Assembly: GCA_001179505.1 (NCBI GenBank) | Contig: CDMY01000428.1 | Span: 14,114 to 78,113 of the forward strand | Direction: 5' to 3' | Source of the DNA: Vitrella brassicaformis CCMP3155 | Taxonomy: Eukaryota > Protista > Chromerida | Length of the DNA: 64,000 nucleotides | In this document: piece after piece, positions 37,995 to 50,700 of the stretch | Position numbering within the stretch: position 1 is the first letter of the stretch | Layout of the letters: the number at the start of each line of letters is the position of its first letter | Notes under the pieces: generated by a model | The model's input: the letters and a program-made list of their open reading frames with translations, nothing else | Databases searched by the model: none | Told to the model about the DNA's origin: nothing | Program-made: the position numbers and the translations under genes

Positions 37995-38758
37995 ACAGAC
38001 AGACAAGAGGGGCAGCACAGCACGTGGTGCATGTCTGCGTGTGCCGTGCCATGCCATGCCGCGACGCCACACCACCCTCCCTCCCCGCCCACCCGTTTCC
38101 CACACCACCACCATGCTGCTATGCTGCTGCGTTTGATTTTTCTTCCTTTGACTGCGGGCCGGTTGGGTGAGTGAGAGAGGGATCGAAGGACAGACAGAGG
38201 GGGGGGGACGCATAGGCCTGCAAATGAAGGAAGAGTTGCTCACTGACCGACCGACCGACCGACATACACACAGTCCCGGACTGATTTGATCGATTGCTTC
38301 TGGCATGAGTGCAATAATATCGCTGGCTGGCTTGTGTTTCTCCGTGTTTCATGTACCATGTGGAGTGAGTGGAGTGGAGGAGTGGCATGGCTGCATTGAA
38401 TGCATTCCTCTGCGGACGGACCAGGGGGAGGGAGGGAGGGAGAGAGCGAGAGTGCGTGTGTGGGTTCGAGAGTGCGTGTGTGGGTTTGCCACGTTTTTGC
38501 CGTGTGCGTGTGTGTGGACTGAGAGATAGATAACGCTGCCTGCTGGTCGATCGATTGATCAATGCATTCATTGAGCTTTACACAGGTTGGGGTTTTGATT
38601 CGCATATATAGCCTAGTGTCTGTCTGTACACATGGAAGACAAACAAGCAGCGTCGGTCCCACCCCACACGCATTGATTGCATTTGTACAAACAAACAACA
38701 CGCACGAGATAGATATCAAGACACCACTCGCACCTCATTCCATCACCACCCAGGCACC

Positions 38759-41700
38759 TCATCCCACCACGTTCTCGACCCATCGTGACACCAGCAGATG
38801 GAAAAACAGAATGGCTAGTGGCACCCATCCGGTGGTCCCCCGCTCCACCGCCCCCCAGAAGGGTGTGTGTCTCGGCCTGGCGCGTCCCTTGGCCGTATCG
38901 ACGATGAGGGGGTCGTCGAAGCGGACGCTGAATGAGGCGTCCATCAACATGCCACCCGCACCAGTCGACCAACGCACCTGCACACATCAAGCCAATCCAA
39001 CACCAACGCACAAATATCACATGCATCCACCAGACAGACAGACAGACAGACGGACAGGGAGACACGAATGGGCTAACAGTACCTGTAGGATGACCTGTCC
39101 GGAGAGATCAGGTGCCTGTTGCTGTGTGGGGTTCACGATCATGGTGCTCAAGGTGACAGTGAGAGTGTCGTTACGGATGCGGTTGTCGCCGATGAGAAAC
39201 GTGACCCGCAGGTCGCCGTTCTGCAGCACACTACACTCGTAATCGTCGGCGGCGTCCTCCAGCAGCACCGACGGCCGCAGCTCAGCCGCACACCCCCCCG
39301 CTGTCTCCTCGTCGGGGAAGGACAGTGGGAAGGGGCTCTGGATGTCCAGAGAGAGACGGTCGCCTGAGTGAGAGAGAAACAGAGACAGCCGATGAATGGA
39401 TGGATGGATGGATGTTGCTTGTGTGTAGGGTGGGTGTGGGTGGGAGGCATAGATACATACTTACGTAGTGTTTTTGGTAGCTCTGTAATGACGATGGCAA
39501 GATAGAGGCGATGAGTGGCGCCCAGCTGGTTCGACCTGCACCCACCCACATATGGCAGATCGATGGGCCAAGTAATTACGCGTGCAACAATGTCGGTTTG
39601 GTTCCCTCGCCCCACGCCCCGCCCCGCCCCGCCCATTTACCCACCCACCCACCCGATCCTGATGGAGTCGAGGCTTTTGAAGATGCTGTCCGGGACCACT
39701 GCCGAGCCGGGAATCGCATAGTTGGCCGATACCACCAAACCGTCAGCATTCTTGCATTGCATTCAACAGAAACACACACAGACCAGACGAAGTGGGGAGG
39801 GAGGGAGGGAAGTTGCGTGCGTCGACCCACTCACTGTCACTTGACTCACCATGACGGCCATGCCAAACAGAGGCCGCCCGGGTGGCGAGGCGGGGGTCTT
39901 GAGGGTCAGTGCGATGGTCTTCTCGGCAGTATTGTTGATGTAGATCGGCTTCAGCTCACCGTTGGCCAGCTGTGCGTTGGCCCCCACCCGCGAGAAGTCG
40001 TTGCTGGCCAGGTTGTCGCCCCTGAACTCGAAGCCGGCGGGCGCGAAGAGCTGGATGGAGCCGGCACTGACCACCACCTCTGGGACGAAGATGAGCGTCA
40101 CACGCACTTCGGCGTTGCTCTCGGGCGGATAGACTATCTGCATGGCAAGGAAGGACACACAGAGACAAATAAACAAACGTACACGTGCAAGCCTGTCGCT
40201 CGGGCGGGCGGGCATTTTCTCAGTCAGGTGTGCATGCATCACCTGACCTGAGCCGTCATGACTTTAAGGGTGGGGGGTCGGAGGTTGGTGATGATCATCC
40301 TGGGCGTCTTCTGGAGGCTGGTCCTGTCGACGGTGCCGATCGACACGGACCACCAGGCGGCGGGATCGGACTCGTTGACGGGCTGCTTGGGGTGGTTGAC
40401 CAGAAAGGTGATGTACTGCGCCACACCACCCTACACGACAGACAGACAGACAGACAGACAGACCAGCCATTGCAGAGAATAGTGAGCCAGTGCCATTCTC
40501 CTGCCGCGTACGTACCTCATAAGAGGCCCCCAGCACGAGACTCCTGAGCCTGGCGGTATTGCCGCCAAAGCACTGCCAGTCGGCCTGCGATGCGTCGCTG
40601 CAAGTGCCTGGGAAGCTGAAGTTGGCCGGTGGCTGTGTGGGCGGGGTCAGGACCACCTCCAGGTACTCTTGTGGCGCGCCTGCGTCGATGTTGGGGACCA
40701 AAGCCAGCCGCCAGAGGGCACCCTCCGCACCCACGGCCTGCGACGAGATGCTGCTCCACACGAGATCGCTGATCTCGCCCTTTAGGCCCCCGGTCGCCAA
40801 CAGATACTGAGCTCGCCAACAGGAGACAGAGAGGGAGAAAACTGGCTGGTGTGTGGTTCAGTGTGTGCACTCACTTGGCTGATTGGCCAGTCGCCCAGCG
40901 CATGGACCACATACCCCGTGATGCCCACGACAGTGTCAGGGGCGGTCAGGTTCTCCATCGCCAGAAAAAAACTCCTGTGGGCGCACACAAGGAGATGTGA
41001 GTCTCACATTCGTCGAGGTTGAGTGCGGACACACCACAGACAGACACGCACCATTTGGCGGTGCCGTCGATGTCGGCTTCGGCAGGGTTGACCACGGTGA
41101 CGGTGAACTGCAGAAGTTCCCTGGCAGGGATGGGCCCCTGCAGCGCCCACACTCGGCCGCCCTCAGACCCGATCGGCACACCGGAGGAAAGGGCCACTTC
41201 GGGGAACAGGTTCGTCACCACAGAGGTGCGCTCTAGCGTCTGCAGCTCAAACGCTGAACGAACAAAAGACAGACAGAAACCCGCATGGTCGATGGCTGCC
41301 CTGCCGTGTTTCCTTTCGACTTGACCTGTCGGGGGTATCACGATGATTGAAGGGTGGGTGGTGATAGCGGCGGCAGAGGGCCCGTTCTCGGCCACGACAG
41401 CGACACGTGTGTCGCTCTCGATCTTGATGGAAGAAGAGACCTTGAAGCTGACGGTGTGCAGGGTCTCGAACAGGTTCGTCGATTCCTGCAGCCAACCATC
41501 ATGAGACAATTTAAGCGCCTTGCGATGTGCCAGTAAGTCTTGTCTGTCTTGTGCTTACAGTGGAGGTGGTTCCATCGGCTGCAAGGTTCGCCGCCTCGAA
41601 TCCTGTCATCCGGTCGAAAATGCCACTCCTGGGCCCCTGGTTGATATTGGCGCTGTGGTCAGCCTCCTCCAGCCCCAGCCGCGTCGTGATGGCCCACGTC

Positions 41701-44700
41701 GTCCCGTCAGGCCTGGCAAAAGTGGGGTTGCTGACCTTGATGAAGCGAACGAGGAAGGGCTGGCCCGCCGTGCCTGAGAGGGCCTGCAGGGTGAGCCCCG
41801 CTGCGGTGGGGACGAGGCCGCCGAAAGAGGGGACGGCGCTGCCGAATGAGAAACCGTCTCTGCTGGCGATGTCCAGGCGGTCGAACGACTGGATGGGGGT
41901 GAAGGACACGGTGACGGTGGAGGTGGCCGCCACCAGGCGGGATGACGTGGCGCTGGCGAACTCCTTCTCCAAGTATACCTGGAGATCCAGAATCTGAACA
42001 ACAATGAATGTGTATGTATGTGACACACACACGCACACAGATAAATAAGAGGTCGGTGCGAGCGGGCTGTCTTGCCTTGTCGTGGCTGACGGTACGGTAC
42101 TTACCATCGGCCTGACGCCCCACCCCGGGGTTTTCTGCTGGCTCACATCGCCTCCCAGCTCACGATGGTACCGAACCTGACAACAAGAGTGAGCTGATTT
42201 GATCCGCGGACTGACTGATCAACAATCGGCGCTTCTCAGCCTCACCTGCCAGTAGTTGTCAGTGAGGCCGATTGGTGCATTCGGGTTGTGGCCCATGATG
42301 GTCAGATTGAGGGTGCGGTTGCCAGACAGAGTGCGCTCAGCCGATCCCGACCCATCAGAAGGGGGCGCGCCGACCACTTCAAAAGTCACCTCTGTGGGCT
42401 TGTCGCCGCGGGTACACACGCCAAGACTCAGCTCCTCATGCCTGAGTGCAGGCACATACATACCCATTTAGTCAAGGCCAGGGCCCGGCCCACTCTCTGT
42501 GTGTCTCTGCCCACTAACTACTCGTCTGTCTGTCTCCCTGCGTACGGTGTGATGGCCATGCCGGCATCGATGAGGGTGGCGTTGTTGAGGGCCTCCTCGA
42601 CCGTCGGCAGCGTGTCTCCCTTGGTGGAGCAGAGGGGCGTAAACCCCAGCGGCGGCACGATGCTGAGCTGATCGCCCATCTGCGGCGGGACGTCGCTGTC
42701 GGGCAGAGTGATCAGCAGCTCCGCCACAAACACCATCGTGCCCTCCGTCTCGACAGATCCCCGCCTGCACACACACACACACACATGGAGGTCTTCTCCT
42801 TGTTTGTGTCTCGTTTCTCGGCTGGCTGCATATATACATTGGGAAATCTGCGTCGAATGATGCGCGTATGGGTATGCCGAAGATGCTGACGAAGTCGAGC
42901 GAGCTGCCGCTGGCGGCGTAGTCGGCGAGGTCGGTGAGGACACAAATGCCTGGAGGGTCCGTGACGATGCCCGAGATGACGACCGGCTTGCATGACCACA
43001 CCTCGAAGGGCTTGGGGGACGTCACGATGGCAGAGGGATTCGTCACCACAAACTCGACCCTGACATGCACACAGGAAGGAGACAGACCGATTGATTAAGC
43101 AGGCAGGCACGACAGGACAGGGGAGCCATGCCATGCCATCCCATGCGTGTGGGTCTTTAGTTTACATGATTGGTGTGTTGGCAGCGATGTCTGAGCCTGG
43201 CGTGTTCAGCACAAAGGTGACGTACCCATCCTCAGCTCTGCAGCTAGCCCAGGCAGATGACACACTCATGCAGAGTCTCGCTGTCGTGTCTTATGGGCTG
43301 ACAAGCATATCGCGTCAGCATTGGGCGGGAATTGGAATTCGCGTCTCAGGCCCGCATCGGTGAAGGTGAGCGTCGTCAGCTTCTCGCCTGGGACGTCCGT
43401 CCCGTTCATGACCACCCACTTCTCCATGATGGCTGGAGGGTCGCCGGCCAGAGAGGCGTTGATGGTGATGCCCGGCCCTGTGCACCCGCTGTTGATGCCG
43501 GCCGGGCCGCCAGCATGGGACAGGTATCCTGCACGCAATCACACAGCGGACGGACGGCATCACGATCACATGTCAGTCTGTTGGCCTGCCTGTCTGTCTG
43601 TCTGTCTCCTGAGCGGACCGTACCTGTGGGCAGTCTGAATGTGATGGAGCCGCCATCGCCTGGAATGTCATGAACTGGGGTCAGGTAGAAGCTCAGCCGG
43701 TTGGGCGTCGATTGGGCCTGACAAGAGAGAGGCAAGAGGGCTCAAGGGTGCCGTCAGTGCCCTTCTTTCCTCTCTCTCTCTCTCTCTCTCTGGGTTTCCT
43801 CACCCCATTGTCGGGCACCATGGCAGAGTCGAGGAAGGTCGCGAGTTCTCCCCTGGTGACTATGCCGGCGAGGTCCTCGAGCATGAAGACAAAGTGGTGC
43901 GGGTCGGGCTGGCGCACGGGGTTGGTCGCTTGGATGGAGAAGCCGTAGCTGCTCTGCCCGTTGAAGGGCTCCTTGCTCTCGAAGGCAATCGTCACCTGGT
44001 GCCTGGCCGTCGGGTCGGCCGTGCAGCTCGCCACCCTGAACAACCCAGAGAAGTCCACAAATTCTCCGAAACTCCCGCCGAAGGGCTGCAGATTCAATGC
44101 TGATGTGCACCCCAGCGGGAACATGTACCTGGGGGCAGGACAGTTTGTGCGAAGACCGACCGTGGCGCGGCGTGGAGTCGATGAGTGCACTTACTGACTG
44201 ACCCTTGCGGTGCGTGGATGGACATCGTAGGACTGAAGCCGAACGAGGATGTGCCTCTGTTGTTTTGGAAGCCGATGGTGAGAGTGCTGGTGGCGCCCGG
44301 CTTCATGACGGCCGTGTCCTCGCGCAGCAGTCGGACGGTCTCGAGGGGGGCGAGGATGTCGAAGGACTTGATGCTGATGGGGTGATCCAAGACATCCTCT
44401 TTGGTCTCATCCAAGTAGGGAGACGCCAACATATCAGACAGCTGCCCAAAGACGCAGAAAGACAATGAGCGTCAGTCAGCAAAGAGTCCTTCACGTGCTG
44501 ACCGAACCGACCAGTGATGTGTTGCATGTCTTGGACGAGTGGAATGTGAAGATATCAGAGACCGCAGCGCCGCCCTGGTCTGTGGGGTTGGTGACGAAGA
44601 ACCCGAAGCGGTACCTGCCCCTTGGCAGCTCAGTCACATCCTCGCCGACGGCAAACGTGACGTTGGTGATGTGGTTGTTGTTATCACGGCCAAATACACA

Positions 44701-47700
44701 CGAGACATATGACTCAAGAGGCCCCTCGGGCGGCGTGTAGCTACCGACAGGGTGGCAACCGGCAAGTCAACCAACAACACACGTCAAGGCATTGAATGTC
44801 CACCCACCCGGCCCCTCTGTGTGTGTGTGTGCTCTTACAATGGTGTGGCTTCCCGTGGGTAGAGCTGACACTCATCTGAGGGAGTGCCCACCGATGCGCC
44901 CAGAAAGCCCTGGCCGGCGGGGAAGGAGAGGAAGAGGCAGCCGCCCGATGGGACGGGCGCGGAGGTCTGGATGGCGAAGGTCAGCAGGTTCTGCGTGGCG
45001 GCTATAGAGGAGCTGTACTCGAGCACCAGGTTGCGCAGCACATTGACCTGCTGAGCCGGCCAGCGGACCATCCCAAACACACGGTGCTCGGGCAATGCGA
45101 AATCTGACACACCAGCGCAGCGGGGCAACCAACGGTTTCTCGTGTTGAGTTGTCTGTCTTGTGTTGTGTGCAGGTCCTTCCTGTCCTGCCTGCCGGGTTT
45201 GCGATGAACAGCCAGCTGTTGGCTGTGGGCTCGTCCGTAGGAGGCACCGACGTGATGGCCTGCAGTGCACCCACACAAACACATACACGAGCCATTCGCG
45301 GGTGAGGTGAGACGGAGCCACGGTGCGTCAAATGCATGGTTCTCTGACCTTGAACTTGATGTAGTAGACGGCCTCTCTGTCTTCGAATGGGTGGTCTGCC
45401 GTCAGCGTCACGCGTCTCACCACCCCCTGGTCAATGGAACTGCCCACTATCGTCCAGCTGATCCATGACGAAACGCACAAACACAGAGGTCAGGCAGTCA
45501 AGCAGGCTGTTCACCGCTCCGTGTGTGTGGCGTGATTTGATTTGCCCCTTACGTACGTATACGTACCTGCCCTCTGAGAAGGCGTATTCGTAGAAGCGGG
45601 CTCGCTTGACGGCGGGCTGCTCGGCCCACCACGACATGTCCGGGACCTCGATGGTGTTGCCGATCTCACGGTAGTACTGATATATATATATATATGGGCA
45701 CATCACATTCGCACATACATGAGCCAGTCGCCAACACAGACAGACAGATTGTAGGCAGGGCCTTGCACGCACGCACACAGACCCCTACCTACCTGTGGGA
45801 ACATGATCTCAAATGTGGTGAAGTTGGCGACACTCGCCGGCACCCGCCACTTCACCAGCACATGGGTGCTGCCGCCAGACACCCACTCCTCGGGCCGGCT
45901 GTCGATGGCCACGGCGTCGAGAATGGCCTCTCGCGAGCTGATCTGGGCCGCTGAGGGCCCTTCCATGACACCAAACTCCCTGTGGATGGCCGGGCGGATG
46001 GTGGCAGCATATGTGTCGTTTTGCAGCGTGACGTTGGCTTCGGCCAGGATGCCGTCGATGGGGCTGCAGTCATACGCCCTATCGGCCTCGTAGCTACACG
46101 CCTGCAAGTGAATCGAGGGATGGATGGATCGATGTATCGATGTGCCATTCAACTCATTGTGTGTGGGGGGGGGGGGGGGCANNNNNNNNNNNNNNNNNNN
46201 NNNNNNNNNNNNNNNNNNNNNNNNNNNNNNNNNNNNNNNNNNNNNNNNNNNNNNNNNNNNNNNNNNNNNNNNNNNNNNNNNNNNNNNNNNNNNNNNNNNN
46301 NNNNNNNNNNNNNNNNNNNNNNNNNNNNNNNNNNNNNNNNNNNNNNNNNNNNNNNNNNNNNNNNNNNNNNNNNNNNNNNNNNNNNNNNNNNNNNNNNNNN
46401 NNNNNNNNNNNNNNNNNNNNNNNNNNNNNNNNNNNNNNNNNNNNNNNNNNNNNNNNNNNNNNNNNNNNNNNNNNNNNNNNNGGGGGGGGGGGGGGGGGGC
46501 ATCACCGACCATGTCGAATGTGGTGATGTCCCAGTAGCCCCGTCTGGAGTAGTCTTGTGGGCTGTTGATGATCGGGACTGTGAAGCCGTAGAACTGGTCT
46601 CCCTTGAGCTCCTCGCCGTCCCCAAATGCCACATTGACACTGGCCGCACCACACACACAACACACATACAGACAAGCCAGTGTGTTGTGCGTGACCTTCG
46701 TTTGTTCGTTCCCCGTGTGCCTACGTACACGTGTGTGTATCCGGTGGGTGACTCCGCGCATGGGACCTTGACGGCGGCGATCGCGGGAAGTGAGAACTGC
46801 GGGTCGTCAGGGAAGGCGTCACCCACGTCGCCCAGCGTCATGTCGCACGGGAACTCGAAGCCAACATCGGTTGGCGCCCGCACCTCAACAGATCCTGACT
46901 GCCAATCACCCATACCACACCACACCACACACATGACATTGCCAGGCAGTGCATCCTTGTGTGCTCCTTTGTTCCCACACACCTTTGCCGTGGTGCCACC
47001 GGTGGACTGTTCTGTCTTGAATGCGACGGCGATGCGGTTCATGTCTCCCTTGGCGAAGGACTCGACGGGGACGATGGTGGCCTTGGTCTGCGGGATGCGG
47101 CCCACCACAGCCACGTTCTTGGTGAACCTGTTGTCGGCGGGGTCGTTGTCGAACGCCTTGGACTGGCTGGTCTTGCTCACCAAGGCCGTGGAGCTCGGCA
47201 CTCCCTGGAAACCATACAGCTGCATGCGCCGGCCACACACACACAAAAGTGATGGCTGCCGCGCTGTTGGGTGGCGCTGAGTACGTACGTACGTACCTGT
47301 TCAGTGTTGACGGTCCAGACGTTGCTGGGGTGCGAGGCCTTCAGCGGCCGGTAAGGGTTCTCGACCAGCAAACGAAACAACAGAACCGTACCTGCATACA
47401 ACCAGCCAGCCAGCCACGCACAGCGAGGAATGTTCGTTCGCAGCACCCACATGAATGGGATGGATCACCACTCACTCATTACCAGCTGGCACGAGCACGC
47501 CAGAGTCGAGTTGCAGGAGGCACACATTGGCGGCCTCGCCGCTGTTGGCGACCCATGTGGCGTTGATGGACCCGAAGCCAGGGGGGCCGTCCAAAGCCTG
47601 ACCTGTCGACTGGCGGGCCAGCAGAAACAGGGGGGACGCGGCGCTGCTGCTCGCCTGCATGACATGGAGGACACAAACATGGATGGCAGAGATCCGCCAG

Positions 47701-50700
47701 TGTATCCATCGTGGGCTGGCTGACACGAACGTACGAATGCGTCGATGTTTGTGGTTTGGCATGTGTATTGGTATGTCACGCCCCCCTCCGTCCACTTGGG
47801 CAGCTCGAAACGGAAGTAGGTCGGCTTTCCACCAGCTGCCGCACCAGACATTATCGGACCTACATCGCATCAATCACACACCGCCAACAAAACACCTCTG
47901 ACGCACGCCATCCACTCTCCTCCCCTCCCTCCTTTTGTCTCTACCCGTTCTGACTTTGACGTGCAGCAGGTTGACCGATGTCGCCCCCAGCACCGAGTAG
48001 AACTGCTGGTCATTGTTGCTGTCCTCATCCCAGTGGTACGTGGCCAGCGATGCGAACGGCACGCTCACCGGGTAGTAGAGCCGCGCCGAGCTGAGCAGAT
48101 TGACCCCGCCGTGACCGCCCCAAGCCAGATACGAGGCCCCGCCCTTCACAGCCTGAAGGGACACACGAGACACATTGCTGCTCGATCATTCATCCTTGTC
48201 TCTGTCTGTGTGCGCATTGGCACCATTGCAAAGTAGAAAGGCACTAGAGGGAAGAAGCCGGGGAAGGACCCGATTGAGCTCCGGAAAGGCTGCACTTCAT
48301 GTAAAGTGTACTTGTACGGCTCCTACAACATACACACACAAGCAAGAGCCGAGAAATCACGACCATCATCCATGTCGCCTTTTCTCTTTCTCTCTCCACT
48401 TACCGTAATGGCTCCGTCGACGACGTGCATCTTGATGACATTGAGCCTGGAGGGGTTCATGTTGAAGTAGTTCTCAAAGGTGATGTCGGCGTGTGTGCAG
48501 GTGCCCACGCCCGAGACGGGTGTGCACGTGGCGTAGTAGCCCTCGGACACGTCCCACATGGTCAACGGGTACATGAAGATGTACACGTGGTCGTCAGCCG
48601 CCAAACCCGAATCGGACGGCGTCAGGATGAAGGAGAAGGTACACTTGCCCGTCGAAGAGCTGCACTCAACTGTTTTCTGTGCCAGACAGAAAGAGGGGAA
48701 GCTTGGGTCGTGTGGCCCACTGCGTGTGTGCGCTGGTTACTTACCTGTGCCGCGATGTCTGGGGCGAGTTCCAGTGCGCCCGAGTCGTTGAGCTCTGGCA
48801 CGATGCCGTCGCTGTTGATTTGGAAGCTGGATGTGTCGAAGGCCGCCGTCCCCTGCTCGATGATCTCACACTGGTCGTCGGCAGGGTCGCTGAGCACAGC
48901 TATCTCTACCGTGGCATTCCTGACACACACGTGAGGGAGGGAGGGAGGAAGGGAGCGAGGGAGGGAGACACGTGTGTGGCTGTGGTGTAAGGACTGTGTT
49001 GCCTATAGAGATACGTTTGGTTGAAGGGGTCAGCCAGAAAGGCTCCCTTTACCACAAACTCGTATGAAGCACCCGCCTTCAGGCCGTTGTACTGCAGGCA
49101 GGCAAGCAGACAGGCAGGGATGATGATGGTTCGCGGGCAGCTATCTATCAATCTGCCTCATATAAGCTATATACCTCTACCTTAGAGAACTGCAGGTAGA
49201 GCTCGACGTAGTCATATGTGGCCACATGCCTGGAATCGTCATTGAGAAAGACACAGGGAGGGAAAGGCAACGAACGTCGGTTTTGTGCACCACCTCTCCT
49301 CCCTCCCCTCTCTCACCAGCACTTGGCGGGCATCGGGAACCCATCGGCGTCGTTGCTGTTGAGCTCAAAGAAGATGCTGCCGCACTCCCCCTGCGAACCC
49401 CGGTCAGGCAGCGCCTCGAATGCCGGCGTGTCGTCGGTGATGGTGAACTCCCTCGAGTCCGCCCCGTCGGTCCCGCTGTACACGGTGTAGTCTTCCCACT
49501 GTGTGGGGATGATCGGCACCGCCTTGAAGGCGCTCTTGTCGGGGAACCTCAGCCGCACGCTGTAGGCCTTGTCGATCTGGTAGCCGCCGTACAGGTTGGC
49601 GAAGCTGCCGGGGACGTTGCAGAGGTTGTGGGTCGTGTTGACGGTGCCGACGCTCGACGTCTGGAATGACACGTAGATGGGGCCGGCCTGAAAATACAGA
49701 CGAGACCGATCAAAGACGCACATCTGTCACGATGGTGGGAGTGCTTGTGTGGCTGGTCTGGTGCTGACTTACCACATTCATGAATACCATGTCCTTGTAA
49801 TCGGTCGTCGGCACGATCGAATCTCGCTGCATGGAAAAGAAGGTAGCATTTTTCCCCCCTCTACAAACACATCTGCATGATGCGAATGTGGCTTACAGAC
49901 AGCTTGAGTGCAGGCACGTGCAGTGTGGGTGAAGCGTCGAATGTGCGGGGCGAGCGGACCAGCAGCTGCCCGACTTTGTACCAGCTGGTGGTGTCGGCAC
50001 TCCAGCACATGTATAGGGTCGCTGTGGCGTTGCTAGTGACCACATAAGGGTACCGTTCCACGCTCGCCATCTATAGACAGAGGAGCGACGCACCCACTCG
50101 ACATGCCTGCTTGGATGCGTCCTCACCCTGAATTTGTGTCCGTCGGGTGTCCATCCGTCGGGTAGGTCGGGGAACTTCTCGATGAAGTTGATCTTGAAGG
50201 ACCCGTCGCTCGCAGCATTGCTCACCACCTAAGAAGCAACCAACACAAACACAGAGTGGATAAATGCGTGTCTCTCTTGCCTGCCGACCAGCCCACCCAC
50301 ACACCCACCTGGTACATCCAAAGGTGCTGTTCATCTTCCTCGTAGTCACTCTCCAGCCGGAATATCTGCCGTCTGTCGTTGGTCATAAAGTTGGCAGTCG
50401 TCTCCTGATCCACATCCTGCTGGCTCGCCGTGAAGACGATAAACGCCCCATTCCTCAGCCCCGCGGCCTCCAGCTGCTCCAACGTGAGGTTGGTCTGCAT
50501 CGTGGGCGTGGTGGTCCCGTTGCCTTCCTTGAGCTCAACGGGTGTGTCGGGCAGCACCGGGACGGCCGTGAGTGTGGTGACGGGCGTGTTTGCGGGGTAG
50601 AGCAGCACCTCTGTGGAGTTGGAGATGCACCCGGGGTCGTCGCTGAACTTGAGGCGGTTGTCTGCGTTGCCCATGGCCCAGCCGTAGAGGGTCGGCTGGA

